Shown here piece after piece: positions 17,690-25,279 of a stretch of DNA of 64,000 nt. This DNA comes from an uncultured Gemmatimonadaceae bacterium (GTDB lineage Bacteria > Gemmatimonadota > Gemmatimonadetes > Gemmatimonadales > GWC2-71-9). The translations under genes were made by a program, and so were the position numbers. The stretch spans positions 48,805 through 112,804 of the forward strand of contig CAZNLY010000006.1 of NCBI GenBank assembly GCA_964574295.1, written 5' to 3'. A model generated the notes under the pieces. That model had not been told where the DNA came from, searched no databases, and saw nothing but the letters and a program-made list of their open reading frames with translations. Numbering within the stretch: the stretch's first letter is position 1; each line of letters opens with the position of its first letter.

Positions 17690-19438
17690 ATGCTGAAGGA
17701 ATTGCGCGCCCTCTGGCCGTACATCGCCAGGTACCGCGGCACCTACCTGGTCGGCATGGTATGCGTGGTCGTGTCGAACGGCCTCATCACCCTCGGCCCC
17801 AAGCTCCTCGAGCGGGGCGTCAACATCATCGCCGCGGGAGGGGCGGGCCGTGCGGTGGCCCAGGCCAGCCTCCTCCTGGTGGGGGTGACGCTCGCGGGGG
17901 GCGTGGCGCGCTTCGGGATGCGCCAGCTCCTCAACGGCGGGAGCCGCCTCGTCGAGTACGACCTCCGCAACGACCTCTTTCGCCAGCTCGAGCGGCTCTC
18001 CCCCGCCTTCTACGACCGCGCCTCCACCGGCGACCTGATGGCGCGCTCCACCAATGACCTCCTGGCCGCCCGGATGACCGCCGGGCCGGCGCTGATGTAC
18101 ATGTCGGACACGGCCGTCCGGTTCTCGATGGTGCTTCCCGCCATGCTGGCCATGAGCCCGCGCCTGACCCTGCTGGCGCTCCTGCCCCTCTTGGGCCTGC
18201 CGGTGGTGATGATCCTCCTCGGGCAGCAGATCCACCGCCGCTCGCTCGCCATCCAGGACCAGTTTTCCGTCCTGACGAGCCACGTGCACGAGCACCTCTC
18301 CGGCGTCCGGATCGTCCGCGCCTACCGGCAGGAGGCGGCGGAGACCGCCGAATTCCGCCGGCTCAACGACGAGTACCGCGAGCGAAACGTGGCGCTGGCC
18401 CGCGCGCAGGGGGCCTTCAACCCCCTCCTGGCCCTCCTCGCCGGGCTGGGCGGCGTGGTGGTGCTGGCGTTCGGCGGCCGGCTCGTCATCAACGGCACCG
18501 TGTCCATCGGCGAGTACGTGGCCTTCGGCGTGTACCTCGTGATGCTCGCCTGGCCGCTCATCGCGCTTGGCTGGGCCATCACCCTGGTGCAGCGGGGCGA
18601 GGCGGCGATGGGCCGGATCAATGCCCTCTTCCGCGAACGGCCGGCCATCGCGTCGCCGGCCAACCCGGCCCTCCTCCCGCCCCGGCGCGGGGCGCGGAGC
18701 ATCGCGATGGAGGGTGTGTGGTTTGCCTATCCCGGCGCCCCCGACCGCGGCTGGGTGCTGCAGGACATCTCCTTCCACGTCGAAGCGGGGCGCTCGCTGG
18801 CCATCGTCGGCGCCACCGGCTCAGGCAAGTCCACCGTGGCCGAGCTGCTGGCCCGGAGCTACGACCCAGACCGCGGGCGGGTGCTGCTCGACGGGAAGGA
18901 CATCCGCGCCCTGGCGCTCGAGGAACTCCGGGTAAACCTCGGCATGGTGCCGCAGGAGACCTTCCTCTTCAGCGCCACGGTCCGGGAAAACGTCCTCCTC
19001 GGCGCCCCCGATGATGGGCGCCTCGAGCGGGTGGCCGCTGTGTCCCAGCTCACCGAGGCCCTGCCCGACCTCCCCGACGGCTACGACACCATGCTCGGGG
19101 AACGGGGCATCAATCTCTCGGGCGGGCAGAAGCAGCGCGCCGCCATCGCGCGGGCCCTCGCCCAGGATCCGCCGGTGTTCGTGCTGGACGACGCCCTGAG
19201 CGCGGTGGACGCGCACACCGAGGCGCGGATCCTCCGGGAGCTGCGGGGGGCGCTGGCAGGGCGCACCAGCGTGATCATTTCCCACCGGCTTGCTGCGGTG
19301 CGCGACGCCGACTGGATCATCGTGCTCGACGGCGGCCGGATCGTGGAGGAGGGCATCCACGCCGACCTCCTGGCCCTGGGCGGGCGCTACTGGGAACTTC
19401 TCCGTCGGCAGGAGATCGAGGCGCAGATCGAAAGCTAG
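17690..19438 (+). CDS. ABC exporter, fused permease/ATPase (MsbA-like family)
   Basis: Internal ATG 17690 (MLKELRALWPYIARYRG). Six-TM region, then Walker A GATGSGKST, signature LSGGQKQR, Walker B FVLDDALSAVD. Confidence 0.9.
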   Translation: MLKELRALWPYIARYRGTYLVGMVCVVVSNGLITLGPKLLERGVNIIAAGGAGRAVAQASLLLVGVTLAGGVARFGMRQLLNGGSRLVEYDLRNDLFRQLERLSPAFYDRASTGDLMARSTNDLLAARMTAGPALMYMSDTAVRFSMVLPAMLAMSPRLTLLALLPLLGLPVVMILLGQQIHRRSLAIQDQFSVLTSHVHEHLSGVRIVRAYRQEAAETAEFRRLNDEYRERNVALARAQGAFNPLLALLAGLGGVVVLAFGGRLVINGTVSIGEYVAFGVYLVMLAWPLIALGWAITLVQRGEAAMGRINALFRERPAIASPANPALLPPRRGARSIAMEGVWFAYPGAPDRGWVLQDISFHVEAGRSLAIVGATGSGKSTVAELLARSYDPDRGRVLLDGKDIRALALEELRVNLGMVPQETFLFSATVRENVLLGAPDDGRLERVAAVSQLTEALPDLPDGYDTMLGERGINLSGGQKQRAAIARALAQDPPVFVLDDALSAVDAHTEARILRELRGALAGRTSVIISHRLAAVRDADWIIVLDGGRIVEEGIHADLLALGGRYWELLRRQEIEAQIES

Positions 19439-19528
19439 GGACTTGAGAACCTGGAAGGGAGAAGAGAGAAAAGAGGAGGGAGAAAGGAGGGGCGGAAGGA
19501 GAAAGGAGAAAGGAGGGGTCGCGTGGGG
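19438..19528. repeat. repeat family 1, copy B (purine-rich arm only)
   Basis: GGGACTTGAGAACCTGGAAGGGAGAAGAGAGAAAAGAGGAGGGAGAAAGGAGGGGCGGAAGGAGAAAGGAGAAAGGAGGGG. The internal 31-mer is near-identical to the reverse complement of the right arm of copy A. Confidence 0.65.
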
Positions 19529-19563
19529 TTCGTGCTTTCGTCTTTTCGTGATTTCGTGACTTC
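19529..19563 (+). repeat. short tandem TTTCGTG-type repeat
   Basis: TTCGTGC TTTCGTC TTTTCGTG ATTTCGTG ACTTC, immediately upstream of the SD/ATG of the SIMPL gene. Confidence 0.6.
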
Positions 19564-19584
19564 AATGATGGAAAGGTGCTCGCA

Positions 19585-20319
19585 ATGAGAAAGGTGGAGC
19601 CCACGGTGATCGGCGCGGTGGTGCTGGCGGCCGGTCTCGTAGCTGGGGGCTGGTTCATGGGCACCGGCATCGCGCGGATGCGGATGGCGGACAGGGTGGT
19701 GACGGTCAAGGGCATCGCCGAGCGTGACGCCCAGGCCGACCTGGCCCTCTGGCCGCTCCGGCTGGTGGTGAGCGACAACGACCTGGCCCGCGCCTACGGC
19801 CGGCTGGAGACCCAGCTCGGCCAGGTGCGCCGGTTCCTGGCGCGGCAGGGCATCGACACCCTCAACACCGAATTGCAGGCGTTCTCCGTGACCGACGCCT
19901 ACACCAACCAGTACCGGACCTCGGACGTGGCCACCCGCTACGTGATCAACCAGACGCTGATGGTGCGGAGCGCCGAGCCGCTCAAGGTGCTGGCCGCAAG
20001 CCAGAAGGTGGGGGAGCTGGTGCAGGCCGGCGTGGTCTTCTCGTCCGGGCAGGAGTACGGCGGGGGGGGACCGACCTTCGTCTTCACGGGGCTCAACGAC
20101 CTCAAGCCGCAGATGATCGCCGAGGCCACGGCGCGGGCGCGCGAGGCCGCCGACCAGTTCGCGGCCGACTCGAAGAGCCGCCTCGGCGGCATCCGCCGGG
20201 CCAATCAGGGCGTGTTCGAGATCCTCCCGCGCGACCAGGCCCCGGGAATCCAGGAGCAGCAGCAGATTGCCAAGCGGATCCGCGTGGTGAGCACCGTCGA
20301 GTACTTCCTGGCCGACTGA
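19585..20319 (+). CDS. SIMPL (DUF541)-domain protein
   Basis: GGAAAGG SD then ATG 19585 (track ORF starts at GTG 19576). One N-terminal TM. Overall pattern (VTVKGIAERDAQADLA...ARAREAADQFAADSKSRLGGI) resembles YggE/SIMPL proteins. Confidence 0.6.
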   Translation: MRKVEPTVIGAVVLAAGLVAGGWFMGTGIARMRMADRVVTVKGIAERDAQADLALWPLRLVVSDNDLARAYGRLETQLGQVRRFLARQGIDTLNTELQAFSVTDAYTNQYRTSDVATRYVINQTLMVRSAEPLKVLAASQKVGELVQAGVVFSSGQEYGGGGPTFVFTGLNDLKPQMIAEATARAREAADQFAADSKSRLGGIRRANQGVFEILPRDQAPGIQEQQQIAKRIRVVSTVEYFLAD

Positions 20320-20339
20320 GCGGGGACGGCCGGGACCGG

Positions 20340-21068
20340 CTACAGCCGCCCGCGCAGAAATTCAGGCGTCAGCGCCTGCAGCCACCCGGCGAGCCGGGTG
20401 AACTCGCCCGTGACCATCAGGAGGCCGACGAAGACGAGCAGGGCGCCGCTGGCCCGCATGACCCAGGGCAGGTAGCGGCGGAACCGCTGGAACCAGTCGA
20501 GGAACCCCTCCATGGCCCACGCGGCCACGAGGAACGGCACCGCGAGCCCCGCCGAATAGGCGGCGAGGAGCGCGGTGCCGTGCGCCACGTCCCCCTGCGT
20601 GGCCGCCATGCCGAGAATCCCCCCCAGGATCGGCCCGATGCAGGGCGTCCACCCCGCCGCAAACGCCATCCCGACCAGCACCGACCCCAGGTAGCCGAGC
20701 GGCTTCCGGTCCAGGTGGACGCGCTGCTCCCGCTGCAGCGCCCCGAGCTTGAGCACCCCCATCGCATAGAGCCCGAAGAGAATGATCAGCACGCCGCCGA
20801 CGCGCTGCAGCCAGACCTGGTAGTACTTGAGGGCGGCGCCGAGGGCGGTGGCACTGGCGCCGAGGAGGACGAAGACGAGTGAGAAGCCGAGGACGAAGAG
20901 GAGCGAGTGCAGCATCGCCAGCCGCCGCCGGTCGCCCAGTTCCTCGAGCGTCATGCCGGTGACGAACCCCAGGTAGCTCGGCACGAGGGGAAGCACGCAG
21001 GGGGAAAGGAAGCTCAGCACCCCCGCGGCGAAGGCCACGGCAAATCCGAGCTGGTCGGGCGGGTTCAG
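20340..21068 (-). CDS. ccdA: cytochrome c biogenesis / thiol:disulfide transporter CcdA (DsbD family)
   Basis: FAAGVLSFLSPCVLPLVPSYLGFVTG and AAGWTPCIGPILGGIL motifs, multi-TM. Start is uncertain: CTG 21068 (overlapping the upstream stop) or GTG 21038. Confidence 0.8.
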   Translation of the reverse strand: MNPPDQLGFAVAFAAGVLSFLSPCVLPLVPSYLGFVTGMTLEELGDRRRLAMLHSLLFVLGFSLVFVLLGASATALGAALKYYQVWLQRVGGVLIILFGLYAMGVLKLGALQREQRVHLDRKPLGYLGSVLVGMAFAAGWTPCIGPILGGILGMAATQGDVAHGTALLAAYSAGLAVPFLVAAWAMEGFLDWFQRFRRYLPWVMRASGALLVFVGLLMVTGEFTRLAGWLQALTPEFLRGRL

Positions 21069-21535
21069 AGTGCCTCCAGGGCGCGCCGCTGGCAGGCGCG
21101 GCAGGTGCCGTGGAGCTCCACCCGGTGCCGCACGTACCGGAACTGGTGCTCGTCGGCGATGATCGGGAGCATCCGCTCCAGTCGCTCGTTGGCGAACTCC
21201 TCCACCCCGCCGCACTCGGCGCACACGAAATGTCCGTGGGAGCCCTGGGGCGGCGCACCCTCGTAGCGGCGGAACCCGTCGCCGAATTCATGGCGCCGGA
21301 TGAGCCCGCTCTCAACCAGCAAATCGAGCGTGCGGTAGATGGTGGCCACGCTTACGTGGTGGCGGTCCCGCGTCAGGCGCTGGTGGACGGCCGGGGCGCT
21401 GAGGTGATCGGTGGAAGTGAAGACCGTCTGGGCCACGAGGTCGCGCTGGCGGGTGACCGGCTGGCGGTGCTCGCGGAGGTAGGCGCGGAAGCGCTCGAGG
21501 AGGTCGGCAACCTCAGCCGAGGTCAGGTGCGCCAT
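21065..21535 (-). CDS. Fur-family metalloregulator (Fur/Zur/PerR not resolved)
   Basis: ATG 21535. VSVATIYRTLDLLVESGLIRRHEF winged helix, HGHFVCAECGGVEEF and HGTCRAC metal-site motifs. Confidence 0.85.
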   Translation of the reverse strand: MAHLTSAEVADLLERFRAYLREHRQPVTRQRDLVAQTVFTSTDHLSAPAVHQRLTRDRHHVSVATIYRTLDLLVESGLIRRHEFGDGFRRYEGAPPQGSHGHFVCAECGGVEEFANERLERMLPIIADEHQFRYVRHRVELHGTCRACQRRALEAL

Positions 21536-21917
21536 CGGGCCCGGCAGGATACCAGCGGAGGACCGGGATGCGGACGGGAGGCTCCTCCTCCGTGCGCTTC
21601 GGCACCAGCGCCACGAGCTCGTCGAGCGCCTCGAGGGGGCCCCGCCCCACCTCGGCCAGCTCGGAGGCAAACTCGCCACGCTTCTTCCCCTTAAGGGTGT
21701 GGGCGTAGCGGGCGGTGTAGATCACGAGGCGGTCGCCCTCGCGGCGGGAGAGGATGGCGGTGCCGTACTCCTTGCCGTCGCGCCGGAAGGGACGGAATAC
21801 CCAGAGCCCGTCGAGTTCGGCCACCGGCACCTCGGCGGCCACCGCCTGGGCCAACCGCTCCCAGCCGGCCCCGGTCCCCGGCTCCGCCGGCGCGGCTAGC
21901 GGGTACCCTGTTCCCAT
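21513..21917 (-). CDS. hypothetical protein
   Basis: C-terminal part of track ORF 21513..23078, from ATG 21917: MGTGYPLAAP...LWVFRPFRRDGKEYGTAILSRREGDRLVIYTARYAHTLKGKKRGEF. Composition looks protein-like. Overlaps both neighbours by about 22 nt. No family recognised. Confidence 0.45.
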   Translation of the reverse strand: MGTGYPLAAPAEPGTGAGWERLAQAVAAEVPVAELDGLWVFRPFRRDGKEYGTAILSRREGDRLVIYTARYAHTLKGKKRGEFASELAEVGRGPLEALDELVALVPKRTEEEPPVRIPVLRWYPAGPDGAPDLG

Positions 21918-23008
21918 CGTTCCACGTAGAGCCGGAGGACGTGCATGAAGTCCTGCGCGTTGGTCACCACCCCGTACGCCTGGTGGGTGCCCCGGTCCTT
22001 GAGCTTGTTGACCACGAACTCGGTCTGGTCCACGCAGATGGTCATCAGCTCGCTGGGCACGCCGTCGTAGTGGGTGTGAAAGGCCGGCAGCATGTTGCCC
22101 ACGGCAATGGCGTGCAGCGCGGTGGCCACGAAGATGGCCCCCGTGGCGCGGACGGTGTGCTCGCGCATGGCGTCCTGCGCGGCCAGGCCGTCCGAGAGGA
22201 CGCCCGGCAGCGGGCCGTCGTCGCGGATCGAGCCGGCCAGGATGTAGGGCACCTTGGCGGTCACCAGCGCGTGCATGATGCCGCTCCGGATGAGCCCCGT
22301 CTCCACCGCCCGCTCGATGCTGCCCAGCGCGCGCACTTGGTTGATGGCCCGCATGTGGAGCCCGTGCCCGCCCTCGGTGGGCTGCCCGGTGTTGGACATG
22401 CCAAGCGTAGTGCCGAAGATGGCGGCCTCGATGTCGTGCACCGCCACGGCATTGCCGGCCAGCACCGCCTGCACGTACCCCTGCCGGATGAACCACTCGA
22501 GGTCGGCCCGCGCCCGCGAGTGCACCAGGGCCGGCCCCACCACCCAGAGCACGTACCCGCCGCGGGCCCGCTCCTCGCCGAGCCGGGCGGCGAGCACCTC
22601 GTAGTTGACGGGGCGCTCGCGGCTCACCTCGGTGGACATGAACCGGAACTCGTTGGCGCTGTGCGAGCCCGCCAGGAACCCGGCGGCGTGGACCAGCACC
22701 CCCTCCGAGCCGTCCTCCGCCTGCCCCATCACGATCTCGTCGCCCCGGCGGAGGCGGCGCGGCTCGGCCACGGACAATTCCGTGCCGTTGCGGACGATCA
22801 CGCAGTCCATGCGGGGCCGTGTGGGCATGCGCCAGGTGCCGCCACCCAGGTGGACGTAGGTCGGGAGGTTCGACGTCGAGAAGAACCCCTCGGGGAGGAC
22901 CCCGTCGGCCGGGAGCGGCGCAAATCGCGCGGCCGGCGCGCCACGGAGCGGCGCCGAGCGGAAGTCGGGCGGTGTGTATTTGGGAGTCGCCATGGGAGCG
23001 GGAATCAT
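21896..23008 (-). CDS. TIGR00300 / LOR-SDH-like family protein (archaeal-type ornithine cyclodeaminase-like)
   Basis: 370 aa. The block VLAGNAVAVHDIEAAIFGTTLG...GHGLHMRAINQVR...PYILAGSIRDDGPLPGV is as I recall for this family. Assigned from memory only. Confidence 0.5.
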   Translation of the reverse strand: MIPAPMATPKYTPPDFRSAPLRGAPAARFAPLPADGVLPEGFFSTSNLPTYVHLGGGTWRMPTRPRMDCVIVRNGTELSVAEPRRLRRGDEIVMGQAEDGSEGVLVHAAGFLAGSHSANEFRFMSTEVSRERPVNYEVLAARLGEERARGGYVLWVVGPALVHSRARADLEWFIRQGYVQAVLAGNAVAVHDIEAAIFGTTLGMSNTGQPTEGGHGLHMRAINQVRALGSIERAVETGLIRSGIMHALVTAKVPYILAGSIRDDGPLPGVLSDGLAAQDAMREHTVRATGAIFVATALHAIAVGNMLPAFHTHYDGVPSELMTICVDQTEFVVNKLKDRGTHQAYGVVTNAQDFMHVLRLYVERWEQGTR

Positions 23009-23110
23009 AGGCGCGGGACGGGGGGGGATTCAAGCGCCCTTGAAGCCGCCACCGATCCGGCCCACCTTTGGCCAGCACGGTGCTCCTTCACCTATCGCGA
23101 GGCCCGCCGC

Positions 23111-25279
23111 GTGGCGCACCCCGCCCGCCCCGTTCGCCCATCCCAAGCCGCCTCGATCTGCCTGACCCTCGCGGTGGCGCTGGCCCCGGGCGTGGCGGCC
23201 CAGGTGCCGGACTCCGCCCGGCGCGACTCCGGCGTGGTCGTCCTGCCCGACATCTCCGTCGGCGTCACCCGCGTGCCGGAATCGCTCCAGCGCGTGCCGG
23301 CAGCGGTGTCGGTGCTCGATTCCGCCGCCATTCGGCGCGGCCGCCCGACCCTGGGCCTGAGCGAGTCGCTCAACGAACTGCCGGGGGTGTACGTCGCCAA
23401 CCGGTACAACTTTTCGCTGGACGAGCGGGTGACGATCCGCGGCGTGGGCGCCCGCGCCAATTTCGGCATCCGAGGAATCCAGGTGCTCCTCGACGGCGTG
23501 CCGCAGACCGCGCCCGACGGCCAGAGCCAGATGACCAACGTGGACCTCGACGCCGTCTCCCGCATCGAGGTGCTCCGGGGCAACGCCTCCTCGCTCTACG
23601 GCAACGCCTCGGGAGGGGTCCTGAGCCTGGCGACCTCCGCCGCCCCGGCCACCGGCAGCGCCACGCAGGGCCGCCTGGTCGTCGGCGACTTCGGGATGCT
23701 CAAGGCCAATCTCCTTGCGGCGGGACACACCGGCCCCCTCGCCGCCACGCTCGCCCTCTCGCACACCGACTGGCTGGGCTTCCGCCAGCACAGCGGGTCG
23801 CAGTTGTCCACATTGAGCCTTGGCGGCGACCTCCCGCTCTCCGGCTCGACCTCGCTGGCGTTCCGGCTCCGCTACACCGACCAGCCCGTGGCCGACAACC
23901 CCGGGGCGCTGACCTTTGCGGAGTACGAGGCCAACCGCGATTCCGCCGCGCCCAACAACCTCCTCCGTGACGCCGGCAAGGCGGTCCAGCAGGGTCAGGC
24001 GTCCCTCACGCTGCTCCATGTCACCCCCGGCGGGAGCGAGTACCAGGCGGTGCTGTTCGGCATCGGCCGGACGGTGCGCAATCCGCTGGCCGCGCCTCCG
24101 CCCCAGGGACCGGGCCCCGATGTCGGCACCTACGTGGCGCTCGACCGGTCGCTCGGCGGGCTCCGGCTGATGGGCATCACCCCCCTGGGCGCCGCTACCG
24201 GCGCCGTCCGCATCAACTTTGGGATCGACCTGCAGTCGATGCACGACCAGCGCACCAACTCCCGCGCCGTCGGCGGTCGGCCCGACACCCTCATCCAGGA
24301 CCAGGACGAACGGGTGACGGAGGTCGGCCCCTTTGCGCAACTGACCTGGAACGCGCCGTCGGGCGTGTCCCTGTCGGCCGGCCTCCGGTACGACTGGCTG
24401 TCCTTCGAGGTGACCGACCACTTCCTGGCCGACGGAATCGACCAGAGCGGGCAGCGGACCATGGAGGCGCCGAGCGGGCACCTCGGCGTGAGCTACCTGG
24501 TGTCACCGGCGGCGATTCCCTACCTCTCGGTGGCCACCTCCTTCGAGACGCCCACCACCACCGAGCTCGCCAATTCCCCGGGGGTCACCGGCGGCTTCAA
24601 CCCGGACCTCGGCCCGCAGACGTCGGTGACCTTCGAGTTGGGCGGCCGCGGCACCTGGCGCGGCGTCACCTGGAGCGTGGCGGGCTACGCCACCCGGGTC
24701 GAGGACGCCATCACCCAGTACACCGAGGTCGGCGGCCGGGCCTACTTCACCAACGCCGGCCGAGTGGACAACCGCGGGATCGAGGCGCGGGTGGACGTGA
24801 CGGTGACCCCCGCGGTGCGGGCCTTCGTGAGCTACACCTACAGCCACTTCCGGTTCGATCACTATCGCCTCGTGTCGGGCGCCACGGTGGACACGCTCGA
24901 CGGGAACACGCTGCCCGCCGTCCCGGAGTCGTTCCTGCGCGTCGGCCTCCGCGCCGCCCCATGGACCGGAGCGTACCTCGATGTGGACCTCTCGCTCAGC
25001 ACGCGGGTCTACGCCGACGACGCCAACACCCTCTTCGTCAACGGATGGGGAACGCCGGTCGCCGGCATGCCGGGCGGCATCGCCGGTGGGGTGACGAACG
25101 TCGTGCTCGGATGGGAGGGAGTGGTGGCGGGGATGCGACTCTCGCCGTTCCTCGGCGTGACCAACCTCTTCGACCGCTCCTATGTCGGTGCGGTAACAGT
25201 CAACGGCATCGGCGGCCGGGTGTACGAGCCGGCGCCGCGCCGGGCGCTCTACGCCGGCCTGGGTGTCGGCTACCCCTAG
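23111..25279 (+). CDS. TonB-dependent outer-membrane receptor
   Basis: GTG 23111 in frame with track ORF 21941..25279. Signal ICLTLAVALAPGVAAQ. Plug-domain blocks VSVLDSAAIRRG, LNELPGVYV, TIRGVGARANFGIRGIQVLLDGVP, RIEVLRGNASSLYGN. Terminal aromatic residue (GVGYP). Confidence 0.85.
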   Translation: MAHPARPVRPSQAASICLTLAVALAPGVAAQVPDSARRDSGVVVLPDISVGVTRVPESLQRVPAAVSVLDSAAIRRGRPTLGLSESLNELPGVYVANRYNFSLDERVTIRGVGARANFGIRGIQVLLDGVPQTAPDGQSQMTNVDLDAVSRIEVLRGNASSLYGNASGGVLSLATSAAPATGSATQGRLVVGDFGMLKANLLAAGHTGPLAATLALSHTDWLGFRQHSGSQLSTLSLGGDLPLSGSTSLAFRLRYTDQPVADNPGALTFAEYEANRDSAAPNNLLRDAGKAVQQGQASLTLLHVTPGGSEYQAVLFGIGRTVRNPLAAPPPQGPGPDVGTYVALDRSLGGLRLMGITPLGAATGAVRINFGIDLQSMHDQRTNSRAVGGRPDTLIQDQDERVTEVGPFAQLTWNAPSGVSLSAGLRYDWLSFEVTDHFLADGIDQSGQRTMEAPSGHLGVSYLVSPAAIPYLSVATSFETPTTTELANSPGVTGGFNPDLGPQTSVTFELGGRGTWRGVTWSVAGYATRVEDAITQYTEVGGRAYFTNAGRVDNRGIEARVDVTVTPAVRAFVSYTYSHFRFDHYRLVSGATVDTLDGNTLPAVPESFLRVGLRAAPWTGAYLDVDLSLSTRVYADDANTLFVNGWGTPVAGMPGGIAGGVTNVVLGWEGVVAGMRLSPFLGVTNLFDRSYVGAVTVNGIGGRVYEPAPRRALYAGLGVGYP

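Noticed and set aside
23009-23110. Fur box upstream of the TonB-dependent receptor, next to the Fur-family gene.
   Set aside because: Only a weak GAATCATAG fragment is present. Nothing resembles the 19-bp GATAATGATAATCATTATC palindrome.
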